Origin: Elsinoe ampelina | Lineage: Eukaryota | NCBI GenBank assembly: GCA_010093995.1 | Contig: ML992504.1 | Span: 930,001 to 994,000, forward strand | Reading direction: 5' to 3' | Length of the DNA: 64,000 nucleotides | Part shown: positions 48,411-58,907 of the stretch, one piece after another | Position numbering within the stretch: position 1 is the first letter of the stretch | How the letters are laid out: each line of letters opens with the position of its first letter | Translations under genes and position numbers: made by a program | Notes under the pieces: generated by a model | Databases searched by the model: none | The model's input: only the letters and a program-made list of their open reading frames with translations | Told to the model about the DNA's origin: nothing

Positions 48411-50730
48411 TCACCTAAACCCCCAGCTCACCTCGCTCCCACTACCCGGTCTATCCCTCTCTTCTTCCGAATCCAAGAAACTCATGACCTGGCCGCTCCT
48501 CTTGCCTCTGTCTTTCTCCCTGGCCTCAACCCTTCTAACGGTGTCAGGACTCATAGTCTCGTACCGCTGACCCACACCCACTGGCGTGCCTCCAATAGTC
48601 ATTCGTGTGGTGTTTGCCTCTTTCCTTCTGCCCAATTGGGAGCCAAGATCCCTTCTACCCAGCGCTCTGGGATCGGACACAACAGGTGGGTCGCGGAAGC
48701 GGCGACGTCCTTCGCCTTCCCTTGTCTCAGCATCGACGAGTACGACCATCCAAACTCCAATCTCTCCTCTGTGATTCAGCAGGGGTGTAGCGTGAATCCA
48801 CCGACTGCGGCCTTCACCTTCCCCATTCTCATCAATCTTTGTGAGCCAGCGAATCTTGGCTGTCACGCCGCGACCTTCGGAGAAGGCTTGGGAGAGCTCG
48901 CTGCGCACCCTCGACGATCCACCTATCCGAGACAGGAAGGGGGATTGAAGCATACCCGGTATACGCAGACTCGGAGACGTGAAGAGTATTCGTAGTGACG
49001 GGTAGGGTCGCAGAAGGAGGTAGTGCTGATAAGGTCCTTGAAGTCGGCCACTGGCTCGGATCTGTTCCTTCTCTTGACGAGGTAGTGAAGCGTTCTTAGC
49101 GTCTAGTACATCACTCGTGGCGTCGGTAATGACAAGTCTTGCTTGGTTGCTTGTGATGCTCGATCGGTCTGTCTCGTCGAGTTCTCGATGCATGCGTCCG
49201 CCATTCCGTCGAACTACCTGTAATTCGTGGGTATTGAACATCTCGCTAAGGGCATGGAAGTGGTCCTTCTTGTTCATTTCGTCAGCCTCAGCAGCAAAGT
49301 CCGGGTCTTGCTCGCGGAGGATCAGTCGGCGGAGACCGTCAAGGTCCGTCGCATCCTTGGCCAAATTTGAGACGTCAACTTGAGCTCCGATGAAGTAGCG
49401 GATCTTACCCTGGGCGTCGTGCAGAGGCGCAATCATGAGTAGATTCATAAAGGGTGATCCATCCCGACGGTAGTTAAGGAAGACTTCGCTGTGTTCCTGG
49501 CCGGCGCGAACAGCTGCAGCCAGACGGCGGACAGAGTGCGGATTGGTGCGAGGACCTTGGAGAAAGCGGCAATTGCGTCCAACACAGTAGTTCATACCAT
49601 ACTGTGTGGTGCGCTGAAACTCCTCACTGGCGAAAACAATGGGATTGTCCGGTCGAGAAGGGTCCGAGAGGCAGAACACCTCGGCCAAGCCTTCCGATGC
49701 CTCTCGCAAATGTGGTGCAAGAGTACCTGTGACACGTCGTTGAACGCTCTCGTGGACGACCTGAATCCATGTGTAGGTGATATACGCTGGAAGCTCGTCT
49801 CTGGCCAGGGCTTCAAAGGCTTCGTCTGCGCGCTTCTCAAGAGCACGATTGACCGTGGCTGGTGGTGCCATATTACTAAAGTCGTGGCCGTGCAACCTGT
49901 CGAGAGCTTCTGTGATGCCATTGGCATATTTGATGGCATGGATAGCTTTGAGTGCATCGAGGTAATACATGAGGAGCCGTACACTTTTGGGGCGATGAGA
50001 GTTCAGGAAACTGCTGAAGTGTAGTAACAGTTTCGGATCTGCGAATATCTGCTGCAGATGTTCCTGCGAAAATAGTTGGTCGGCGCGGACTTCGAGATGG
50101 TACTCTCCGGTATTCTCTTCGGGTGGAGAGACAATGAGATCAAAGTTTTTCGGATCATCGGCATAGAATGTCTCCATTTGATCTGGCCCATCACGTAAAC
50201 CCCGACTTTGCAGAGGGACCAACGAGGGCTCCCGCTTGGCTGATTGGAATTGACCGGGATCGGTCGGTGCCGTTGATGCTTGAGAGAAGGACTCCCTGGA
50301 GCTCTCATGTCGCGCTTCTGGGGATGATGTGATGGAAGATCCTGGTCCATCGGGATCGGACTTGGCTCGTCGATGTTCTCGTTCAAAGGAAGGGCTGAAA
50401 GTGTTAGTCGCCGTATCAAGAGTGTGAGACGAAATCATCTTACTGATTCCTTACGGACTTGAGAGTGCGCGGCTTCATCAGATCTGGTGGAGCCGGCGCT
50501 GCTGAACTGGCGCCGCCAAAGAAAGGCACCGATGGCAAGTTGTCGTCAAGCCCTGGGAGCGAGTTCTCTCTAACGTTTCCAGGTCGGGAAGGCGACGATA
50601 GTAGTCGAGCGTGGAAGTCGTCTACCAAGGGCTCGGCGGCGGCGGAAGACGAAGTCGCTGGACGTTGAGTAGCTATGCGGATTGAGGTGTCTTGTGAGAT
50701 GACCTTTGGCCGGCGAGAATCCAGAGACAT
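48411..50730 (-). CDS. RGS-LOV-DUF blue-light photoreceptor (fungal LOV3/LOV4 family), 2 exons
   Basis: RGS-like region (HLQQIFADPKLLLHFSSFL..YYLDALKA..AYITY), LOV domain DNPIVFASEEF..GRNCRFLQGP..NYRRDGSPFMNLL..YFIGAQVDV, C-terminal PAS-like domain (RWIHATPLL..GVWMVVL); intron 50443-50395. Confidence 0.92.
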
Positions 50731-51970
50731 CCGTTCTTGGGGGTTTGGCGAGGTGGGAGTAGAGGAGCAATTGGGATACTATCACAGTGATCAGCATGAG
50801 ATTGTTCGGAGTCTGTTCCGGGCGTTGAGTGAAAGACTCTTGAACTCGAGGTAGAACAATCAGTAATGGATCTATTCGCCATGCTCACACAAGAGATCGT
50901 ACACAAATTGGGACATGATTGGATTATGAATCCCCACTTACCAGCGAATAGCTCGCCTTCCTCACACCGTCTGCCTCAGTTGGCTTGTGTCGCACATGAT
51001 GTTCGGTGACAGAGTCCGTCCTGCGTTTCCCTTCGAAAGTGGGCATGACGACCTCTTTCACCAGCGGCGAAGTCTACCGACACCCGGCCTTGACCGCCGC
51101 AAGTCGCGTGGGAACCGTCGATCATGCAAAGTCTGGCATGCAAACACTGTCGTAAGAGGCTCAAGAGGCTCTGGTGATTGGCGTGCCACGAGGCTGCGAT
51201 TCGTGATGGTTCATCAACTCGAAACCGATGGCGGGCGTGAGGGGTATTTGAGCAGAAAATTGACAAAGACACGGCATTGCACGATGGCGACCTGTCGTGA
51301 TCTTCAATGACAGCCACGTCGTACCCGCGGGCAGGGAACTATGGAATCTTGCATGCATCTTCGCTCGACAGATGATTGACAGGCGGGAAAGAGCAGAGAT
51401 GGTGGCATGTCAAGGACCAGAAGGTGCACCTGCTTCCATCTGGGATGCCCCGGAATACCCCTTCAAGCCCCAATCGGACAAGCAGCCGCCCAACCCGTTG
51501 GAGTGGGCTCCCGGCGGACTCATGCGGGCACGCCATTGACTTTTTTGCTTCTTTCTCGAAACGACAAGGGTCGCTGGTCGACGTCAGCAGGGAAGAGCTC
51601 CGAAGTGGCTGGCAAGGATCACGGCTGCATCAAGGATTTCGATCTGTCGGATACTGGTATTTGGAGGTTGGTACTAAAGACACGACGCAAGATAGTCGGT
51701 CCGCTATTCGATTCATTTGAGGTGGGATCAAGAGTCAGTGTCGCGTGGGGACACGGGAGGGAAAATGCCATGTCAAGATCCCCTTGATCCAGGAATCCCA
51801 CCCGCGATTCTCCAGGCCGCTGTGGATCGACAGCAAAAGGTTCCTGGAGATCGACGCTACACATGTGGAGCCTGCCACCCTCGAGGGAAACAAGCAACTT
51901 AACATGAGTCGGGCATGCGGGTACAATAGCCGCTATTGAGTTGCCATTATCTATCCTCGAATCTATCCTT

Positions 51971-52929
51971 CTATCCCAACAATGGTCGTGTCTCTTCTCT
52001 GTCGTCCTTGTAGAGCACGTAATGCTGTGTGATGAATATCAAATCGAAAAATATGCTGATATTGCCCAACCCGAACTTGGCTGGATTGCCAGTGACACCG
52101 CTCCAGTCCGACTCCAACGAGCTGTCTATCAACAATTGCGAGATGCTGAGAATGCCTCCCAGCAGGTCTAGCAGGATCTGCCCAATCGCCCACCCCTTCG
52201 TTGATTTGGCCTTGAAGTTGCTGAATGCCTGAGGGACGTACTTGACGCATGTAACAATTAGCTTTACATAGGAAGCCGCGTAGATCTGTCGCAGCGGTCA
52301 GCGGTGGATAGTACCAATCATTCCCAGACTCACAATGTCGATACCCGCCCATGCCTGCGGATCTCTAGCATCCTGATTGAGAAAGACTACTACCAGGCCT
52401 ACCAGCAGCAGACCAGTGATGCAGCCGCAGAATATGCCTTGGGTAATGCGACTTGCTCGCTTCCCGGGCGTCCGCTCAAATCCCCATAACCAGCTCCAGA
52501 ATTGAGTGTACGTGATGGCACAAAGAAACAGAGCGTGTACAGCGAATGCGACGTCGTTGGCCCGTACAGTTGGGACGGGCCCCCCGGGATTGCGAATGGC
52601 ATACTGATGTCGAATCTCCTCATTAAAGTAGAAAGCAGTGGTCGACAGCGTGTAGCAGACGAAGCCGAGGACGTTGAGTAGAGGAAAGTCTACGGTGAGG
52701 CCTACTGTGCTCTTGCGCCGCCAGTTCAGTAGTGGTTGCGGATAGAAAGAGAGGGACCATGCGAGGAAACTGCCCCTGGTCAGGACGATAACGAACTATG
52801 ATCTCGTGATACTCACTAAACCCATCCGAAGACGCTGAGACCTGTCAGCTATTATACAATGCATGGGCAATAATACTGCACGCACTCTGATGCTGCTCGC
52901 GCAAGACCTACCCATCCCTTGTCGGCCAT
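51971..52929 (-). CDS. ERS1: Cystinosin / ERS1-like PQ-loop lysosomal-vacuolar cystine transporter, multi-exon
   Basis: Manual splicing gives [92 protein letters not shown]. Missed by the ORF track. Confidence 0.92.
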
Positions 52930-53500
52930 CTCGCAAAACAAGTAGAAATGTTACCAATACATCAAATACATCAAGCGCTAATTTGAGATGCTCATGTCGA
53001 GGAAGAATTTTGTAGGTTGCTTCTGTGGTCTTCGGAATGCATGTCGCGTGACGATCATGTGGTGTCAGGTCAGCTGTCAAGGCTGCACCGGCACATGGCA
53101 GATACCAAAGATCGATAAGGACGATCACGCCTTTGATAATCTGGGTTGTCCGTCTGTTCACCCCACCTCGACGCACGTGCACGCTTATTAAGCTCGGCGC
53201 TAAATGCCGGGCCGCGATCTTGCCAAGAATTCCTAGTGCGTACCTTCCACCTCAAGTGTACAACGCGGTCCAACTTCACGGCACACTCACCAGGCAGACA
53301 GCTCACACCCTCTCACGCGACTTTTCGACACTCCTACGGATAACAAGAAGTTGCGCGCTCACATCGGCGACCAAATTGTGCCTCGAATGGTTCGATCTGT
53401 CACGATCAGCGACGGCTGAACACACAACACATCACCTTACGCCCTGGTATTTGACACGCTCATCAGGCGCGTTTGCGCCTTGTCGCAGCCTCTGCTGGAA

Positions 53501-56500
53501 ATGAGGGGTGGAGAAGAGGTCGAGCCGCCCAAGAAGCGCGGCCCGGGGAGGCCTAGGAAGCATCCGCTTCCTGAAGGCCAGGAGCCTCCGCCCAAGAAGC
53601 GCAAGTACATTGGGAAGACTCCAGATCGTGGTCGAAGGAGGGCCGACGATGATGGCGACCTCAAAACTCCCGTCATACCCAGCGAAGTAGACTCTGCCGA
53701 CGAGCTAGCCACCACGACAAGATCCCGCCTGGGTCGTTCAACTCCCGCCAGGCCCGAGGAGAATGCAGTATCACCAAAGACCCTACGAGATAGGACAGCC
53801 TCCAGATCTCGACGCACATACGCCAGGGCAAGGTCGAGAGGTCGCGCCAATGCTGCCCCGCGTCCACGCTACAGTAGTGCCGCGGCAGCTGCAGCTGCAA
53901 GCCAAGCAAGGGATGGATACAAACCGAGGGAGGAGCGCAGTTGGGAAGAGTTCCACCCGGACCTCGATATCGAAGCCGAGTTGATGATCTACACCGCGGA
54001 TGAGGTCGATGGTCGGGTCAAGGCAGAGCAAAGGCCATCGGGTCTGCGCATGGACACGACAAATGTCGAAAGTGAAGGTGCTGGTCTTGGTATCGATGGA
54101 ATGGATGCCGACGAACAAGCAGTCCAGGATACAGAGGATACACCAGGGCCTGCAAAGAGGAAGCCAGGCAGACCACCAAGGCGTCCTGAGTCAATGTTGA
54201 CTGGACTTGGCTCACCACCTGCGCCGCGCATTCTTCCTTTACCGACCCACAATCCGAAGGAACGCTTGAATCTGCCCAAGCCATCGTATCGCCATGTTCA
54301 AACTTTCAAGATGTATGAGGAGGACAAGAAGGTCCGTCTGGATGACTATGTGGACAAAGCCATGGCCAACGTTGGCTACCAGGAAAGCGAATTATTCGAG
54401 ATCCCTTCAGACATTCTCATACGCCATGCGGAAGCCGCCTATGACGACGAGCTCGGAGCTGGATTGACCCTGGAGTCAGACGAGAAGAGCAAAGACCAGC
54501 CCACCCCTCAGCTGGGTGACGTGGAATACGACATGGATGAGCAGGATGAGCGCTGGCTGGAAATGTACAACGCTAAACGGAAAGAGCAGCAAGTCGGCGA
54601 TGCCATCAAACCTTCCATCTTTGAGATCACCATGACACAAATTGAGCGAGAGCACTACGCCCTGGAAAAGCGCATCCCGAAGCCGAACCCACGTCATGCG
54701 AATCAGGTCCGTCCACGCTCGAGCTCTGCAGCTGCCGTAAACGGTGAGCCATGGGGCGCTGGAGATGAGCCGGATAGCAAATGCGCCATCTGCGATGATG
54801 GTGATTGTGAGAACGCCAATGCAATCATCTTTTGCGACGGCTGTGATCTGGCTGTACATCAGGAATGCTACGGTGTACCGTTCATTCCTGAAGGCCAGTG
54901 GTTCTGCAGAAAGTGCAAGGAGATTGGCAGAGGTACGCCGACCTGCATCTTCTGCCCGAACATCGAAGGTGCATTCAAGCAGACAAACACTTTGCGCTGG
55001 TCACATCTGCTCTGCGCCATCTGGATACCGGAAGTCACAATAGCAAATCCGACTTACATGGAGCCTATCCAGGACGTCGAAAAGGTGCCTCGGAATCGCT
55101 GGAGTCTCGTCTGCTACATTTGCGACCAACGTATGGGTGCCTGTATACAATGCAGCAACAAGGTCTGCTATCAGGCTTTCCACGTCACATGCGCACGCCG
55201 AGCCCGTCTCTTCTTGAAGATGAAAGCCACGCCGACCAGCGGTATTGATACCTCAATATTGAAAGCTTTCTGCGACAAGCATGTTTCCTCGGATTGGCGT
55301 CGCGACCACGATACAGATCAAGCAATCGTTGATGCAAAGAGATACTACAGAAAGACAATGCGCAATCGCAAGTGGGCTGATAGTCAAACTGCTGCTCTCA
55401 CTGTAGCCACGAACGAGCAGCTCAACGCAGAACCCACCACAGAGGCCGATCCTCCTGATGACAAGTCGACCATTGTCGTTGGCGGTACAAAACGCAAGAA
55501 AAAGGACACGCAAAAGACTGGCTGGCGCCTACCATCGGGAGCTCCTGTTGTCCCCGCTGTCGTTTTCAATGCTGTTGAACAGTCGCTGCAACGCTTCACT
55601 CTTCGCAAACGTAAGGATTTTGTAGCAGAAGCATGCAAGTATTGGACGTTGAAGAGGGAAGCGCGTAGGGGTGCAGCCCTGCTCAAGCGTCTTCAATTGC
55701 AGCTGGACTCTTCTTCAAGCATGGAGATCACTCGTCGTAATTTTGTTGGCATGGGCGCAGCTGGACGTCCTCGTCTGGTTCGCCGCATCGAATTCGCCGA
55801 GCTTTTGCAGAAGGACATTGTCGGTCTCAAATCTCTGGTGGAGTCCGTCACGCAACGTGAATCAAAGAAGCTCGACGATGCGGAGAACCTGCGCCGACTC
55901 ATCGACACGGTGTACTTTCCCGTGTCCGACCTGCTCTGGCCGATTCTGCGTAAGGCTCAGAAAGCTGGTGACAAAAGTCGCATCCTCGAGGAAGGACTTT
56001 CGGTGGTGGAAGCCAAGCTCACCGAGCGGCACTACACCTCTGTCACCGCCTTCTCTACCGACCTCGGCGCGATTTTCAAATCAATCATTGCAAAGCCAGA
56101 CCTCGAAATCACGGCCCATGATGGCTACCCACGAGACATCAACGAGCTGCACTCTCAATTTGCCCCGTTATCGTGGAGCGAACGTCAAGCTCTGACCGCG
56201 GACCAGAAGTATCAGAGAATGATCGCCAAGCGGATCGTCAAAGCTATCAAGGAACCTCTTGAAGAAGCACTTCGCAAGGAAGCAGAATTACAAAGCACAC
56301 CCGAGGAGAGAGCGACACCTGCGACCTGGGCTGAGATTGATGCAAAGCTCGAGTCCGCCATTGCGGCTCCCTCGGACCAAGGCTCAGTTCAACATGCTCC
56401 TTCTGTGGACGGTGATGGGCCTGCTCGGCCACGTAACGACAGTGATGTCTCTGTGTCCGTCGCTGGCGGTGCTAGTCCTGCTACTGCGTCTCGTGACGGA

Positions 56501-57334
56501 GAAGCAGAGCTCAGCCCACCATTGAGCCGCAATCCGAAGACCGGTCGATTCAAGGAGAAGGAGGCACCAATTCAAGCTCCGTCACCACCGATATCCGCCG
56601 ATTCTAGCAACAGCAATCCTGTCGATCCCAATTCCTCGACCGCGACTTCTGCTCCTTCAGTATCCAACAAAGAGAAGGAGGAAAGTGTGCCCTTGTCCGG
56701 CGGCGTACCTTGGTACATGCGGGCCTTTTCCCCCGTCGGCACCAGCTTCACCCAGCCTACGGGTGTGGGGACCGATGAAGATATCAGCGATGTCGATGAA
56801 GCGAAGCTGCATGGCGTTAAGCTGCCAACCTCAACACCCGGCAAGAAAATCCCCAGCCCGAAAAAAGCTACAGCACCAGGAGGACGCAAACGCGACCGCA
56901 CTGCCTCCGCCAAAAAGAAGGCCGCACCAAAGGACGCAGCGACCGAAACTTCAGCCACGTCCCGCACCACGCGCACCCGCGCCGAAAGCATCGCCGACTC
57001 CACCGCCCCTAGCATAGCAGGCAGCATCAACAGCTCCGCGCGAGCAAGCCGTAGCCGCGCCAATGGCGAAAGAAAGGGCAGCGATCAAGTCAACAGTGGG
57101 GCTGTAGACGGCGAAGGAGACACCAACATGCCCGACGCCGCCGGTGGTGACAGTAAGAGGGCATCGAGGCGGAGTATCGCGAAGAAGAGCGAAGTCGAGG
57201 GCGGTACGGGGGAGCGGCAGGAGACGGAGGCCGAGCGAGAGAAGAGGGAGGCGTATAATGCTAGGCGCAGGATACAGAGGAGGCAGGTCGCTGCTGCTGC
57301 TAGGGCGGCGAAGGCGGCTGCCGCGTCGGGGTGA
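53501..57334 (+). CDS. NTO1: NuA3 HAT complex component NTO1 / BRPF-like (EPL1/EPC-N plus PHD-zinc knuckle-PHD)
   Basis: AT-hook-like KRGPGRPRK; VEYDMDEQDERWL; CAICDDGDCENANAIIFCDGCDLAVHQECYGVPFIPEGQWFCRKC; CIFCP..HLLCAIWIPE..CYIC..CIQC..FHVTCA; YWTLKREARRGAALLKRLQ. Confidence 0.93.
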   Translation: MRGGEEVEPPKKRGPGRPRKHPLPEGQEPPPKKRKYIGKTPDRGRRRADDDGDLKTPVIPSEVDSADELATTTRSRLGRSTPARPEENAVSPKTLRDRTASRSRRTYARARSRGRANAAPRPRYSSAAAAAAASQARDGYKPREERSWEEFHPDLDIEAELMIYTADEVDGRVKAEQRPSGLRMDTTNVESEGAGLGIDGMDADEQAVQDTEDTPGPAKRKPGRPPRRPESMLTGLGSPPAPRILPLPTHNPKERLNLPKPSYRHVQTFKMYEEDKKVRLDDYVDKAMANVGYQESELFEIPSDILIRHAEAAYDDELGAGLTLESDEKSKDQPTPQLGDVEYDMDEQDERWLEMYNAKRKEQQVGDAIKPSIFEITMTQIEREHYALEKRIPKPNPRHANQVRPRSSSAAAVNGEPWGAGDEPDSKCAICDDGDCENANAIIFCDGCDLAVHQECYGVPFIPEGQWFCRKCKEIGRGTPTCIFCPNIEGAFKQTNTLRWSHLLCAIWIPEVTIANPTYMEPIQDVEKVPRNRWSLVCYICDQRMGACIQCSNKVCYQAFHVTCARRARLFLKMKATPTSGIDTSILKAFCDKHVSSDWRRDHDTDQAIVDAKRYYRKTMRNRKWADSQTAALTVATNEQLNAEPTTEADPPDDKSTIVVGGTKRKKKDTQKTGWRLPSGAPVVPAVVFNAVEQSLQRFTLRKRKDFVAEACKYWTLKREARRGAALLKRLQLQLDSSSSMEITRRNFVGMGAAGRPRLVRRIEFAELLQKDIVGLKSLVESVTQRESKKLDDAENLRRLIDTVYFPVSDLLWPILRKAQKAGDKSRILEEGLSVVEAKLTERHYTSVTAFSTDLGAIFKSIIAKPDLEITAHDGYPRDINELHSQFAPLSWSERQALTADQKYQRMIAKRIVKAIKEPLEEALRKEAELQSTPEERATPATWAEIDAKLESAIAAPSDQGSVQHAPSVDGDGPARPRNDSDVSVSVAGGASPATASRDGEAELSPPLSRNPKTGRFKEKEAPIQAPSPPISADSSNSNPVDPNSSTATSAPSVSNKEKEESVPLSGGVPWYMRAFSPVGTSFTQPTGVGTDEDISDVDEAKLHGVKLPTSTPGKKIPSPKKATAPGGRKRDRTASAKKKAAPKDAATETSATSRTTRTRAESIADSTAPSIAGSINSSARASRSRANGERKGSDQVNSGAVDGEGDTNMPDAAGGDSKRASRRSIAKKSEVEGGTGERQETEAEREKREAYNARRRIQRRQVAAAARAAKAAAASG

Positions 57335-57782
57335 TGGGGATGGGCAGGCGTTTTGGGACACGGAGTAATGTGGCCGGGTTCTGATACCTGTCTGGCTGGC
57401 TGGCTGGCTGGGTAGTGGGACGGGTTTTGATTCGAGATTGTATTCAGCGATAGCTCTTCTGCTCTGGCCGATGACGGGGTCATACGTGTATTCTACATCT
57501 ACATTTACTCTATGCATGGGTATCATGTTGCCATCATCCTGTGCCTTTCCTATGCCTCATCCCTGCCTCTCCGACCCATTCCCACCATCAGACCTCTTTG
57601 TCCCCCTTACCCGCTGCCCTTCATCGCCTCTCGCTCCGCTCCGCCCTGCATGTCTTCTCTTTCCCCTTTACTGCCGTTTCCCCCTGCCCTCCCCTCCCTT
57701 CTCCCTCCTCACCTTCCCTCCCTTCATCCCGGGGCGCCCCCCACCAACATCCTCTCTCTTCCTGCTCCAGAACACAACCCCC

Positions 57783-58453
57783 TCACCAAACCTCCTCAGG
57801 ATCCACCATCGCCCTCTCCCCGCCCTCCCTAATCGTCTCCCTCCCCTCGTCCTTAGCAAGCGGCTTCCTCATATCCCACGCATCCTCCCCATCAGCATAA
57901 TACCCCCTGACGGTCCTCCACACCGTATACCCCATACCCCTGTACAACCTCACCGCGGCCTCGTTACTCTTCCTCACGAACAGATCCACGAACCAAGCTT
58001 GTTTCTCGTCGCCGTAACGCTCGAGGGCGGTGGAGAGGAGGGTCGCGTGGCCTTGGCGCCGGGCGGTGGGCGCGACGGTCAGGCAGGTGATGTGGATGTG
58101 GAGGGGGAGGTAGTTTTGGCCGGCTGAAGACGGGGAGCGGTAGAATGGGTTGGAGGGGATGTAGGGGGAGAGAGGGGCTGGGTAGGGGGAGGATTCGAGT
58201 TTGCCGAGGACTGGAGGGGGGGAAAGGGAGGTTAGCTTGGGAGGTGAGGGGAGGCTGGGGGAAAAGGATCAAGGGCAGACGTACTGTAGGCTTGGATCTT
58301 GCCTTGAGAGTCTTCGATTACGAGGCAGAGTTCGGGCCATTTGGTAAAGTATTCGAGGTAGAAGCCGATGTTGTAGGTTTCGGTGAGAGGGTCGAGGTTG
58401 CACGTGTTGAATCGGAAGAGGTCTTTGGGACCCATGCGGCGGAGGGTCGTCAT
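57783..58453 (-). CDS. NAT3: N-terminal acetyltransferase B catalytic subunit (NAT3/NAA20), 2 exons
   Basis: MTTLRRM..DLFRFNTCNLDPLTETY..FYLEYFTKWP; ILGKLE; HITCLTVAPTARRQGHA; WFVDLFVRKSNEAAVRLYRGMGY; EDAWDMRKPL. Confidence 0.93.
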
Positions 58454-58907
58454 TGTTGAGGCTCGGCCTGCGAGGTGATTGTCATTGAAGTGGCATGCTG
58501 GTGGTGGTCGGCGCAAAGAAGGATGGGTGGTGGAATGAATGCGGAGTGGGGGAAGAAGATTTGGAAGCTGGAGTGCGGAAGAGCCGTGTCAAACAGGAGG
58601 CATTTGTGCTCACGACATGATCCACAGAGACGAACTTCACTTCTGGCACAGTGTGGGTTGGGAAACGATCGTTCTGTTCAGATTGTACTATCTCGCGGGC
58701 GCGGCGACGTCTACCATTATACTCCAAAGTGATTGATGCCAATATCAATACGCCGTCCAGCCAGCCGACCACCCAAATAATGACCCCCACCTCTTCTCAT
58801 GTTGATTCCATTGGTATCTGTTCGTCTTGTGCCCACCAACGCCTTCTCATAACCCATCAAACCATAAACATCATGCATGAATAATAATCCCCAGAAACCG
58901 TCCCTTA

